Source: Nemertoderma westbladi (Eukaryota; Animalia; Xenacoelomorpha). Taken from it: a DNA stretch of 43,329 bases. This document shows, in pieces, positions 1 to 10,100 of this stretch (the first letter of the stretch is position 1; each line of letters opens with the position of its first letter). Below the pieces are notes generated by a model that saw nothing but the letters and a program-made list of their open reading frames with translations, had not been told where the DNA came from and ran no database searches. The stretch covers positions 1 to 43,329 of the forward strand of contig JAUCBJ010007983.1 of assembly GCA_032718475.1 (NCBI GenBank), given 5' to 3'. Position numbers and translations under genes: made by a program.

Positions 1-165
1 CTTCTGAGGTCCATGGACCCGTAACTGGACTACAGGAAATTCTCGGATTCCTACATTGGAAGTTGGTGCTTTCCACGATGGTTGTCGCTCAGAAGTAGTT
101 AGAGTGAAGTCGCTGTCTGTATCTTTTTCATATGTGAGTGCTCGATACACTGCGGTATTTATCAT
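1..165 (-). CDS. pol: N-terminal part of BEL/Pao pol (start of aspartic protease region), partial
   Basis: Frame open from 216 to 1. From ATG 165 it reads MINTAVYRALTYEKDTDSDFTLTTSERQPSWKAPTSNVGIREFPVVQLRVHGPQK; the PVVxLxVxG strand resembles the segment preceding the catalytic motif of BEL proteases. It is in the -1 frame relative to gag. Confidence 0.6.
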   Translation of the reverse strand, partial: MINTAVYRALTYEKDTDSDFTLTTSERQPSWKAPTSNVGIREFPVVQLRVHGPQK

Positions 166-1958
166 GTACAGGATTCGTTTTCGTCGGAGAACTCGTCCGT
201 ATAGAATCCTTCCATCTCAGATTGATCAGTGTCGTTCACATCACTGAATTGGACATGTAGTTCGGAATCACTTACCTGATTAGGACTATTTCGATCGAAT
301 TCAGCGTGCAACAAGATATGATGTTTCGCACCACACTTTGCACACCTTATGTCTGAGTAACAGGTTCGCCGTTGATGTCCTTGTCTGAGGCAATTATAAC
401 ACAACCGCTTGTCCCACATGACTTCACGTCTCTCAGTTAATGATTTCTTTAGAAATTCATCACACATATTCAAGCGATGGGTCCCATCACATAGCGCACA
501 TTTTGGTTTGATGTTACTCACCTTAATCTGAGTCACATTGTGTACACTTGCCTTTTCTTCGGGCTTTCTCACCTGAATTCTCTTGGGAGACGTAGGAGGA
601 GTTTTTCTTACCTGTTCTCTCCTGTCATTTGTTCGAGACTTGAATTTACTTACCTGATCTTTAGGCATTTTATTTACGTAATAAGATCTCTCAGTGTCTT
701 TCCCGCTATCTTCTCCTTGAGAAGTCTGGCTTTCACCGTCGTCTGTATAACACACTGGTGTTACCTTTCTCCTAGAGACGGGTTTTTCACTTACCTTGTT
801 TTCCGGTGTCTTCTCTCTGGACAGTTTCAGGAGCTGTAATTTCACTTCTCCATCTAGGAATGACATGAGATCAGCCATGGTAGGGTCTCGTCGTTGTTGT
901 TCCATCATATATAACACTTTCTTATCCCAGCGTGTACCTACTCCACCTTTCGGTAAAGTAGAAGCCACTGCTCTAATAACCATAGTGTTCTGATACTCAT
1001 GAGACTTACCTAGCCAATCTAATTGTCTGCAGATCTCCTGGATCTCATCGGAAAACTCGATAATCCCGCTGCTAATAAACTTTCGGGGCGCTACCAACTT
1101 TGCATACAAATACCCAGCGATGTTATTCCTATTACCATACCTGATGTTTAGTGTATCCCAAACTTGTCTTAATCCGTCTGGATGTCCAATAAACTTTAAC
1201 GCCATTAACTTGGGAGATCCTTCCAAGCACTCGATGAGGTATCTAAGTTTTTCTCCATTAGATAGTACAGAGTTCTGTATGTTATCTTTGTAATATTCAT
1301 TAAAAGGTAACCATTTCATCTCATCTCCATTGAACTTGACGATCTCTCCCACCTTTACCGCTTGCCGGGCTTCGGTTCTAGCCATTTGATGCGTAAAACT
1401 TTCTTGGGCCATCGTGTTATTTAATATCGAGTTATCGGTATATAAATTTCTCGGATTATGATCAGGTCTATAGGGAATGTCATTATCAACAGGTCTATAA
1501 TTACCCTTAATAGGGTTCACTATAGGAGTTTCTACTTCGCTAGCAGTATAGATGCGTGTAGGCTCCACACCTTGCGCATGAGATACTTCAGACCTAACAG
1601 GTTGACACATTGTTACAGGGGGTGGTGGTATACCCCTTTGTGTATTTACTAATTTATCGCGTTCTAGCGCGATACTTTGCTGCACTTCTTGCAACTCAAG
1701 CCTACTTTCCCTTACTGTGCCCTTGAATTGCTGAACCGTCTCCTGCATCTGCCCGAGCAGGAGATCCATCCCCCGCCGTCTCTCGTCCACCCATTCGACC
1801 GCCAAAGCGGGAGTCGCCAACGTTGTAGCGGGCGGACGAGGGACCACGGGCGACAAATCAGGAATATTTCGCTCGGGGTCCAGGACCTGAACTGTCTCCT
1901 GGGCAGTTCTACTGGGCACAGGTAGCTTAGTGCTATGTAGAGGGAATTTAGGGTAGCT
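162..1958 (-). CDS. gag: BEL/Pao Gag core (DUF1759-like capsid + three zinc knuckles)
   Basis: KFNGDEMKWLPF...LSNGEKLRYLIECLEG...WDTLNIRYG; knuckles CALCDGTHRLNMC, CYNCLRQGHQRRTC and CAKCGAKHHILLH. The frame is open from 1958 (TAA at 1961-1959) with no ATG at its start, so it is probably joined to the upstream ORF. Confidence 0.9.
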   Translation of the reverse strand, partial: SYPKFPLHSTKLPVPSRTAQETVQVLDPERNIPDLSPVVPRPPATTLATPALAVEWVDERRRGMDLLLGQMQETVQQFKGTVRESRLELQEVQQSIALERDKLVNTQRGIPPPPVTMCQPVRSEVSHAQGVEPTRIYTASEVETPIVNPIKGNYRPVDNDIPYRPDHNPRNLYTDNSILNNTMAQESFTHQMARTEARQAVKVGEIVKFNGDEMKWLPFNEYYKDNIQNSVLSNGEKLRYLIECLEGSPKLMALKFIGHPDGLRQVWDTLNIRYGNRNNIAGYLYAKLVAPRKFISSGIIEFSDEIQEICRQLDWLGKSHEYQNTMVIRAVASTLPKGGVGTRWDKKVLYMMEQQRRDPTMADLMSFLDGEVKLQLLKLSREKTPENKVSEKPVSRRKVTPVCYTDDGESQTSQGEDSGKDTERSYYVNKMPKDQVSKFKSRTNDRREQVRKTPPTSPKRIQVRKPEEKASVHNVTQIKVSNIKPKCALCDGTHRLNMCDEFLKKSLTERREVMWDKRLCYNCLRQGHQRRTCYSDIRCAKCGAKHHILLHAEFDRNSPNQVSDSELHVQFSDVNDTDQSEMEGFYTDEFSDENESCT

Positions 1959-3646
1959 TTAGGGAGCACAGGTGTGTCTATCACCGAAGGGGTGATTTCA
2001 AAAACAGGCCTAATTATTTCAGGCTCATCTACTATAGTAGGGAGTCTTTCTATTTTAATTATTTGGTCTGTGGGCTCTGTACTACCTAAGTTGGTGTTAT
2101 TTAGTTGCCTTCTAACAGCTGGAGGCAAATCAGGCAATTTCTGACGGTGGAATGTTCTTTTACGTCTGCTTAGACGAGATCTATTTCCTTTGCCTTCAGT
2201 GTCGGTGGTATCGCCTTCCTCAGATGATGTATATCCCTGTCTTTTGGGAGTAGATCGATTCATCATCTGCATATTGCTAGCTGTTAACTGTTTATTTATG
2301 CAGTCTTGATTCTCCTGAATGTTTTCCAATTCTAACTGGGTGATTTCTTCAGTCGCTCTCCTTTCTGCTTCTGCTACTGCCTCTGCCACTTTTCTTTCCG
2401 CTTCGGCCTCTGCCGCTGCCGCCTTTCTTTCCGCTTCTGCCGATGCCACTGCTGCTGCTACTGCCGCTGCCTTTCTGTCTTCTATACGTTTTTTCTTAAC
2501 CCTTTCCTCTTGATCTCTAGCGATGCGTAGTTGTTCATCGAATTTAGCTTGGTTCGCCGCTAATCTATCCACATCAATTGCATCCAACACACGCTGGGCT
2601 CCTTCACTATTAGGGCTAAGTCCATCTAGCCTTCTCCTCAACTCTTCATCTCCCAAAAAACGCTGATAGTCTGACAGATAGATGTCAATGGCATCCCTCT
2701 TATGCGGTTTCTCTGCCGTCGCTTCACTTTCCACTTGGGAAAAAGTAGCGTCCGTTGATTCTCCATGGGTTGAGCGCTCCTCCAGCTGAGCTTTCCACTG
2801 AGCTGTTCCTTGAACCTGGCGACTCACTCGTTGAAACCAAGTCTTTACGGCAACTTGCAACGACGTGTCTTGTCTTCTTTTAGAAGCCTCTTCAAAGGCT
2901 GATAATATTAGCCTGATTCGCAGAATTCTTTCTCTAACTTGATAAAGCAGTTGTCCCTGCTCTTGAGGTCCTTTAGGTTGTTGAAACAGTTGTTTTTCTA
3001 CTCGCTCCATAGAGCTGAAGAATCCCTGTGCGTATCCGGCTGCGGACCTCTTCCACACAGCTGGATCGATGGTTTCTTTGGCTACTCCCATCCGGTGTAT
3101 GTCTTCCCAGGCAGCTTCTGATAAATCAAACGGAAGTCCGGGTCCGGGGAAGTTCCATTGCGACTCGACCATAGATTTCAGTTCTTCCTTTGTGTATCCC
3201 GCATAACTATCTTTAGTTGAGCGCTTACTTCTCGCCCAATCGATCTGGTGTTCTTCCACCGCGATCAATAGCCTAGTGAGTACGGCTGCAGGAAGGATGA
3301 GAAGGGGATCCGAATAAACCGCATCCGTCATCCTTGCTCCGCGTTCGGGTGTCAGTTCTACAGTATCTTCACTACTGGAGCTGTCGGGCCGCTGAGAAAT
3401 AAGTTCTTGGCTCGCGGGTTGTTGCTGTTCCGCTGCTTCTTGGTCCCGCTTGACCTGAGCTCGAGTGCCTATGATAGACCTACGATGTTGGACCAGCCTA
3501 GGTTCTGTTATTACTACTGGAGGGATGACCTTCCTCACAGTGGGAGGTGAACTGAACTTAGGTGTAGACGGTTCTACACCTTTATCTGAGTCGCAGATAG
3601 TTACATCTAATAAACTGTCTGACAGGTTCTGCTTAGTATCAGACAT
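1712..3646 (-). CDS. Long N-terminal ORF of the retroelement (probable Gag N-terminal extension, coiled-coil/low complexity)
   Basis: 644-aa ORF with AAAC-ATG context and an E/R/K/A-rich helical segment (KAAAVAAAVASAEAERKAAAAEAEAERK). It overlaps the gag core in another frame; the last ~80 aa look like out-of-frame read-through. Confidence 0.7.
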   Translation of the reverse strand: MSDTKQNLSDSLLDVTICDSDKGVEPSTPKFSSPPTVRKVIPPVVITEPRLVQHRRSIIGTRAQVKRDQEAAEQQQPASQELISQRPDSSSSEDTVELTPERGARMTDAVYSDPLLILPAAVLTRLLIAVEEHQIDWARSKRSTKDSYAGYTKEELKSMVESQWNFPGPGLPFDLSEAAWEDIHRMGVAKETIDPAVWKRSAAGYAQGFFSSMERVEKQLFQQPKGPQEQGQLLYQVRERILRIRLILSAFEEASKRRQDTSLQVAVKTWFQRVSRQVQGTAQWKAQLEERSTHGESTDATFSQVESEATAEKPHKRDAIDIYLSDYQRFLGDEELRRRLDGLSPNSEGAQRVLDAIDVDRLAANQAKFDEQLRIARDQEERVKKKRIEDRKAAAVAAAVASAEAERKAAAAEAEAERKVAEAVAEAERRATEEITQLELENIQENQDCINKQLTASNMQMMNRSTPKRQGYTSSEEGDTTDTEGKGNRSRLSRRKRTFHRQKLPDLPPAVRRQLNNTNLGSTEPTDQIIKIERLPTIVDEPEIIRPVFEITPSVIDTPVLPKATLNSLYIALSYLCPVELPRRQFRSWTPSEIFLICRPWSLVRPLQRWRLPLWRSNGWTRDGGGWISCSGRCRRRFSNSRAQ

Positions 3647-5022
3647 GTTTGTTTACACAGTTGAATGTCTACCGCTATATTACAGTCTAAGCAAGTCTAG
3701 TAATTCAGTGTTAACTGCTAGCCTAGTAATTAATTACCGATACTGCTACTCAGTGTAGCGTGATATATATATAATATATTAGAATACCGGTATGCTTATA
3801 GTATATATAACTATATAAGTATTATTACAGACTAGGTTTATCACAGAATACCGGTATAATTTTAGCACAAATATATATAAATATATAATAGGCCTATCGG
3901 GAATACCGGTATACAGCTTACAGTTTGCAGTATATATAATTCTGGACTAGAATTAATTACAAGTACCGGTATAATTTCAGCCTAAATTTATAGAAATAAA
4001 GATAATAGGCCTATCGTAAATACCGGTATATCAATTATTTTAAATAATTGAATTTCTGAATTTTAGGGTTACTTGGTTACTTTACTTACTTGGTTACCGT
4101 TATTTGAGCAGTAGTCCAACTGATATTGAGACCTAATTGTTGTATGGCAGGCCTACTATTTATAAATCGTTAGATTTGATTTATAAGATATATATACCCG
4201 TTTTAATGGGTTTTGTCAATGTTTGAAATAAATGTTATTATTTCTGGGGAGTAATCACTACACAAAGCGGTGCGCTTTCAGTGAAGTGTTACTTATAGGA
4301 CACTAAAACAAATAATTCTAATTTACCTAAGTTACTTAATACTACAAATTACGTACAATTCGGGTGAGATTACAATCTCTAAATAAACACAAAAATTTAC
4401 AAAAAACACAAAATACAAATTTTCAGGGTAATTTTACAAGGAGTCTACAAACCAGCCTAACAAAGGGTTAGAAATCTGGTTATTACAACGGACAGGGTAC
4501 TGCGGTATTTGAAAATAATACGTAGTAGTAAATACACTGCGTTGTCCAGATAGGAAAATACCACCGCCTGACGACCTATAGCCGTATCGCTATAGGTACT
4601 ACGTTATGTATCACGGAGTGTTCCTACCTAGAAGTTAATAGAGCTAATCGAACGTGCCTATCAACCACTTTACAACACAAATATAATGTCTACACTAATT
4701 ACTTTCGGAAAGCACTGTACACTAAACCCTAAATTACGTACGAGTACTTGTACAACATATAATCAGTAGTTAAATATACTTGAACAGTTAAAAGAACCAC
4801 GGCATCTGCTGGAGTGACCGGTGCACAAAATCACCAGTCTTTACCTACGCCAAGCAGCCCGTGTAGTACCGGGGTTAGTTTAACTATAACGGTATGTATA
4901 ACAAACACAATTATTGTAGGAACAAACTTGGGGAATGAATGTTGCGAATAATCGCATAAACTCTGAATAATAAATATTACGCTACGCGTACAAACCACTC
5001 AAACAAAATGCAGACCAAATAC

Positions 5023-5541
5023 TGACAGACTACCATCAAGCCTAAACAAACTACGGTATATGCAGACTCCGAAATGATTAGGTAGTATGCGTTCTAACTC
5101 AGTAGTACGACTTATTCTTTAGTTGGGGGTTTACCTTACAGCAATGGCTGCCCCTACTTCCTAACCGTTCTTTATCGGACAGATGCTTTACACACACCGA
5201 AATCCGTTCAGACCTAATAACAGCCAGACAACTATCCAGCCTACAAATTATCTAAATAAATATTATACGCTACCTGTACAGACTACACAAACAAAGTACA
5301 GACTAAACGATGGCAGACTACTCTCAAGCCTAAATAAACTACAGGACATGCAGACTCCGAAATGATTAGGTAGTATGCGTTCTAACCCAGTAGTACGACT
5401 TATTCTTTAGTTGGGGGTTTACCTTACAGCTTTGGCTGCCCCTACTTCCTAACCGTTCTTTATCGGACAGGTGACCTACACACACTGCAATCCGTTCAGA
5501 CTTAACAGCAATCAGACAACAGTTCAACCTACAAATTGTCT
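5023..5541. repeat. Two-copy ~288-bp tandem duplication in the retroelement leader
   Basis: TGCAGACTCCGAAATGATTAGGTAGTATGCGTTCTAAC...CCTAACCGTTCTTTATCGGACAG occurs at ~5061 and ~5349, with a near-identical ~120-bp core and diverged flanks. Confidence 0.9.
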
Positions 5542-7106
5542 GTACAATCTGATCAGGCTTACACGCCTTCTGTTCAATACTAGCCTACAAACAAATAAAA
5601 CTGACAGAAATAAGTAAGCTCCAAAAGAAACAAGGGGTGTACAGTCCCTAATCTCTTAAACAGCCTACCGGTATACAATAATCAAATCGAATAATACTAA
5701 TGTACTTATACGGGAAGTACCGGTTAGGACAGTTAGGCCTACGGACCTACAGAAGTACCGGTTCTGGCAGTTGGACCTACGGCAGTACCGGTTCTGGCAG
5801 TTGGGCCTACTGACCTACAGATGTACCGTTTAGGTTTACCGGTTGACCGGTACTTTCAACTTTATTGCTTACTGCAATAAAGAAGATATATCCGTTATTG
5901 TTCGCGCTTTCAGACCCTTGGCAGTTTAACCCGCCAAATTAGGATGTCTTTTAGATAATAAATCACTTTTAGCCTATGACAAGTATTTGATTCACTACAC
6001 TAGTCGAAACCAATCTGTGCGCGATCATTCACCCGCTGGATATACCCGGGAGATTGGGTTCGACGGCTTAATCTTATTGCTATGTAAGCCTAATGTATTA
6101 TTCGACTGACAGTATTATATAATCTCTGACAATATTATTCACCTTCGGGAAATATGAACAGTTCCTTTAGGACGTGGCGCTCTATCTATATAAACAGAGT
6201 TATGACTTAAACTACTCACAACGATATGGCTTAGTTATAATTCACATATATGGCGCATTCTTTAGGAAATGCTTCGTTATCAGTCTCACTCATACACAAT
6301 GCTGCACAATACTGCACACTAATCTGCCGATCTTCACTGATTTTAGTTACATATAAAAGGAACACGGACCGACTCATGTAGGGTCTATCAAATAACATTA
6401 GATTCACTTCAAACCACTTTAACATAAGTCACAATCGTTATATATAACCTTTCTCTCTTACCTTCGGTATATCAAGAATATTGGGTTTCGGGGTTATTTA
6501 TCGTTATTCCAAATATAATAATTCATCAACCATATTATGAAGGACCGACAGTAAATAGCAGTATAACAATATAAAGTATGCACAGTGTTTGATTAGGTAT
6601 GGTATGTTATGATTTGAGTTGAGTTGAGTTGCACAGTGATTCAGTGTGATAACGGATATATGTCCTTATAATTAAGCCTACTAGTGTTAGGCTAAAACAG
6701 AAAAGCACAAAATATTTCCAAGCCGCTCTCTCCTGGCTCAGGACTGAATGTAAACACTGCACATAAAGCATTACGTGATTTCTAGGAAATTTCTCTACAA
6801 GAGCCATAAAAATGCTCTGATTGGCTGACTGAACTGAGAGACGCCGTAGAACAAAGAAAATCAACACCTATGAATATCAGTTGTTAACCGTAGTCATAGT
6901 AACTACTGTTCAAGAGTAGCTATCACCCTTTGCGTCATGGAATTGCCATAGAATCATCAACTATGCCTTTCACAGTACACATACGGAGGAAATAGGTCTT
7001 AGATCCTCTAAAAAACACCGATACAGCAATAATACGGTCTCTTACACCTATTAAATCAACTACAGAGTATTTTAATGTAAAAGATAATAAAAATAACGGG
7101 GCAATT

Positions 7107-10100
7107 CAGCAAAGGCTTTTACAATGGTTATCAAAGGCTTTTAGAGGGATGGTTGGTTATCAAAGGCTTTTAGAGGGGTGGTTATCAAAGGCTTTTAGAG
7201 GGATGGTCATCAAAGGCTTTTAGAGGGATGGTCATCAAATGCTTTTAGAGGGATGGTTATCAAAGGCTTTTATATAGGGATGGTCATCAAAGGCTTTTAG
7301 AGGGATGGTCATCAAAGGATTTTATATAGGGATGGTCATCAAAGGATTTTATATAGGGATGGTCATCAAAGGCTTTTAGAGGGATGGTCATCAAAGGCTT
7401 TTAGAGGGATGTTCATCAAAGGATTTTATATAGGGATGGTCATCAAAGGATTTTATATAGGGATGGTCATCAAAGGCTTTTAGAGGGATGGTCATCAAAG
7501 GCTTTTAGAGGGATGGTCATCAAAGGCTTTTATATAGGGATGTTCATCAAAGGATTTTATATAGGGATGGTCATCAAAGGCTTTTAGAGGGATGGTCATC
7601 AAAGGCTTTTAGAGGGATGGTCATCAAAGGCTTTTAGAGGGATGGTCATCAAAGGCTTTTAGAGGGATGGTCATCAAAGGCTTTTAGAGGGATGGTCATC
7701 AAAGGCTTTTAGAGGGATGGTCATCAAAGGCTTTTATATAGGGATGTTCATCAAAGGATTTTATATAGGGATGGTCATCAAAGGATTTTATATAGGGATG
7801 GTCATCAAAGGCTTTTAGAGGGGTGGTCATCAAAGGCGTTTAGAGGGATGGTTGGTTATCAAAGGCTTTTATATAGGGATGGTCATCAAAGGCTTTTAGA
7901 GGGATGGTCATCAAAGGATTTTATATAGGGATGGTCATCAAAGGATTTTATATAGGGATGGTCATCAAAGGCTTTTAGAGGGATGGTCATCAAAGGCTTT
8001 TAGAGGGATGTTCATCAAAGGATTTTATATAGGGATGGTCATCAAAGGCTTTTAGAGGGATGTTTATCAAAGGATTTTATATAGGGATGGTCATCAAAGG
8101 ATTTTATATAGGGATGGTCATCAAAGGCTTTTAGAGGGATGGTCATCAAAGGCGTTTAGAGGGATGGTCATCAAAGGCTTTTAGAGGGGTGGTCATCAAA
8201 GGCTTTTATATAGGGATGTTCATCAAAGGATTTTATATAGGGATGGTCATCAAAGGCGTTTAGAGGGATGGTCATCAAAGGCTTTTAGAGGGATGGTCAT
8301 CAAAGGCTTTTAGAGGGACGGTCATCAAAGGCTTTTAGAGGGATGTTCATCAAAGGATTTTATATAGGGATGGTCATCAAAGGATTTTATATAGGGATGG
8401 TCATCAAAGGCTTTTAGAGGGATGGTCATCAAAGGCGTTTAGAGGGATGGTCATCAAAGGCTTTTAGAGGGATGTTCATCAAAGGATTTTATATAGGGAT
8501 GGTCATCAAAGGATTTTATATAGGGATGGTCATCAAAGGCTTTTAGAGGGATGGTCATCAAAGGCGTTTAGAGGGATGGTCATCAAAGGCTTTTATATAG
8601 GGATGTTCATCAAAGGATTTTATATAGGGATGGTCATCAAAGGCGTTTAGAGGGATGGTCATCAAAGGCTTTTAGAGGGGTGGTCATCAAAGGCTTTTAT
8701 ATAGGGATGTTTATCAAAGGATTTTATATAGGGATGGTCATCAAAGGCGTTTAGAGGGATGGTCATCAAAGGCTTTTAGAGGGGTGGTCATCAAAGGATT
8801 TTATATAGGGATGGTCATCAAAGGATTTTACCGGTATGGTCATCAAAGGCTTTTAGAGGGATGTTCATCAAAGGATTTTATATAGGGATGGTCATCAAAG
8901 GATTTTATATAGGGATGTTCATCAAAGGCTTTTAGAGGGATGGTCATCAAAGGCTTTTAGAGGGGTGGTCATCAAAGGCTTTTAGAGGGATGGTCATCAA
9001 AGGCTTTTAGAGGGATGTTCATCAAAGGATTTTATATAGGGATGGTCATCAAAGGATTTTATATAGGGATGGTCATCAAAGGCTTTTAGAGGGATGGTCA
9101 TCAAAGGCTTTTAGAGGGGTGGTCATCAAAGGCTTTTAGAGGGATGGTCATCAAAGGCTTTTAGAGGGATGGTCATCAAAGGCGTTTAGAGGGATGGTCA
9201 TCAAAGGCTTTTATATAGGGATGTTCATCAAAGGATTTTATATAGGGATGGTCATCAAAGGCTTTTAGAGGGATGGTCATCAAAGGCTTTTAGAGGGATG
9301 GTAGGCGTTTAGAGGGGTGGTCATCAAAGGCGTTTAGAGGGATGGTCATCAAAGGCTTTTAGAGGGATGGTCATCAAAGGCTTTTATATAGGGATGTTCA
9401 TCAAAGGATTTTATATAGGGATGGTCATCAAAGGATTTTATATAGGGATGGTCATCAAAGGCTTTTAGAGGGATGGTCATCAAAGGCGTTTAGAGGGATG
9501 GTTATCAAAGGCTTTTAGAGGGGTGGTCATCAAAGGCGTTTAGAGGGATGGTCATCAAAGGCTTTTAGAGGGGTGGTCATCAAAGGCGTTTAGAGGGATG
9601 GTCATCAAAGGCTTTTAGAGGGATGGTCATCAAAGGCTTTTAGAGGGATGGTCATCAAAGGCTTTTAGAGGGATGGTCATCAAAGGCGTTTAGAGGGATG
9701 GTCATCAAAGGCTTTTAGAGGGGTGGTCATCAAAGGCTTTTATATAGGGATGTTCATCAAAGGATTTTATATAGGGATGGTCATCAAAGGCTTTTACCGG
9801 TATGGTCATCAAAGGCTTTTAGAGGGATGGTCATCAAAGGCTTTTAGAGGGATGGTCATCAAAGGCTTTTAGAGGGATGTTCATCAAAGGATTTTATATA
9901 GGGATGGTCATCAAAGGATTTTATATAGGGATGGTCATCAAAGGCTTTTAGAGGGATGGTCATCAAAGGCGTTTAGAGGGATGGTCATCAAAGGCTTTTA
10001 TATAGGGATGTTCATCAAAGGATTTTATATAGGGATGGTCATCAAAGGCTTTTAGAGGGATGGTCATCAAAGGCGTTTAGAGGGATGGTCATCAAAGGCT

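Larger units (their letters stand above)
1..6550 (-). mobile_element. BEL/Pao LTR retrotransposon, 5' half (leader, gag, start of pol); continues beyond window start; upstream boundary uncertain (6550 or as far as ~7100)
   Basis: Gag with DUF1759-like capsid region and BEL-type triple Cys/His knuckles, followed by a protease-like frame running off the window. Only one end is visible, so the LTR cannot be delimited. The minus strand reads TGTCGGTCCTTC from 6550, either an LTR start or a degenerate tRNA-Tyr PBS. Confidence 0.8.

Noticed and set aside
56-3758. Short + strand ORFs opposite gag
   Set aside because: Antisense shadows of the retroelement coding region with no recognisable motifs.
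4881-4893. TAACTATAACGGT resembling the I-CeuI / LSU rRNA target; similar TAACTATAAC..CTAAGGT in the 48-bp unit
   Set aside because: Only a partial match, with no flanking rRNA similarity.
7107-7123. TGTAAAAGCC on the - strand as the LTR start
   Set aside because: Better explained as a degenerate first satellite unit (CAGCAAAGGCTTTTACA versus CATCAAAGGCTTTTAGA); cannot be fully excluded.
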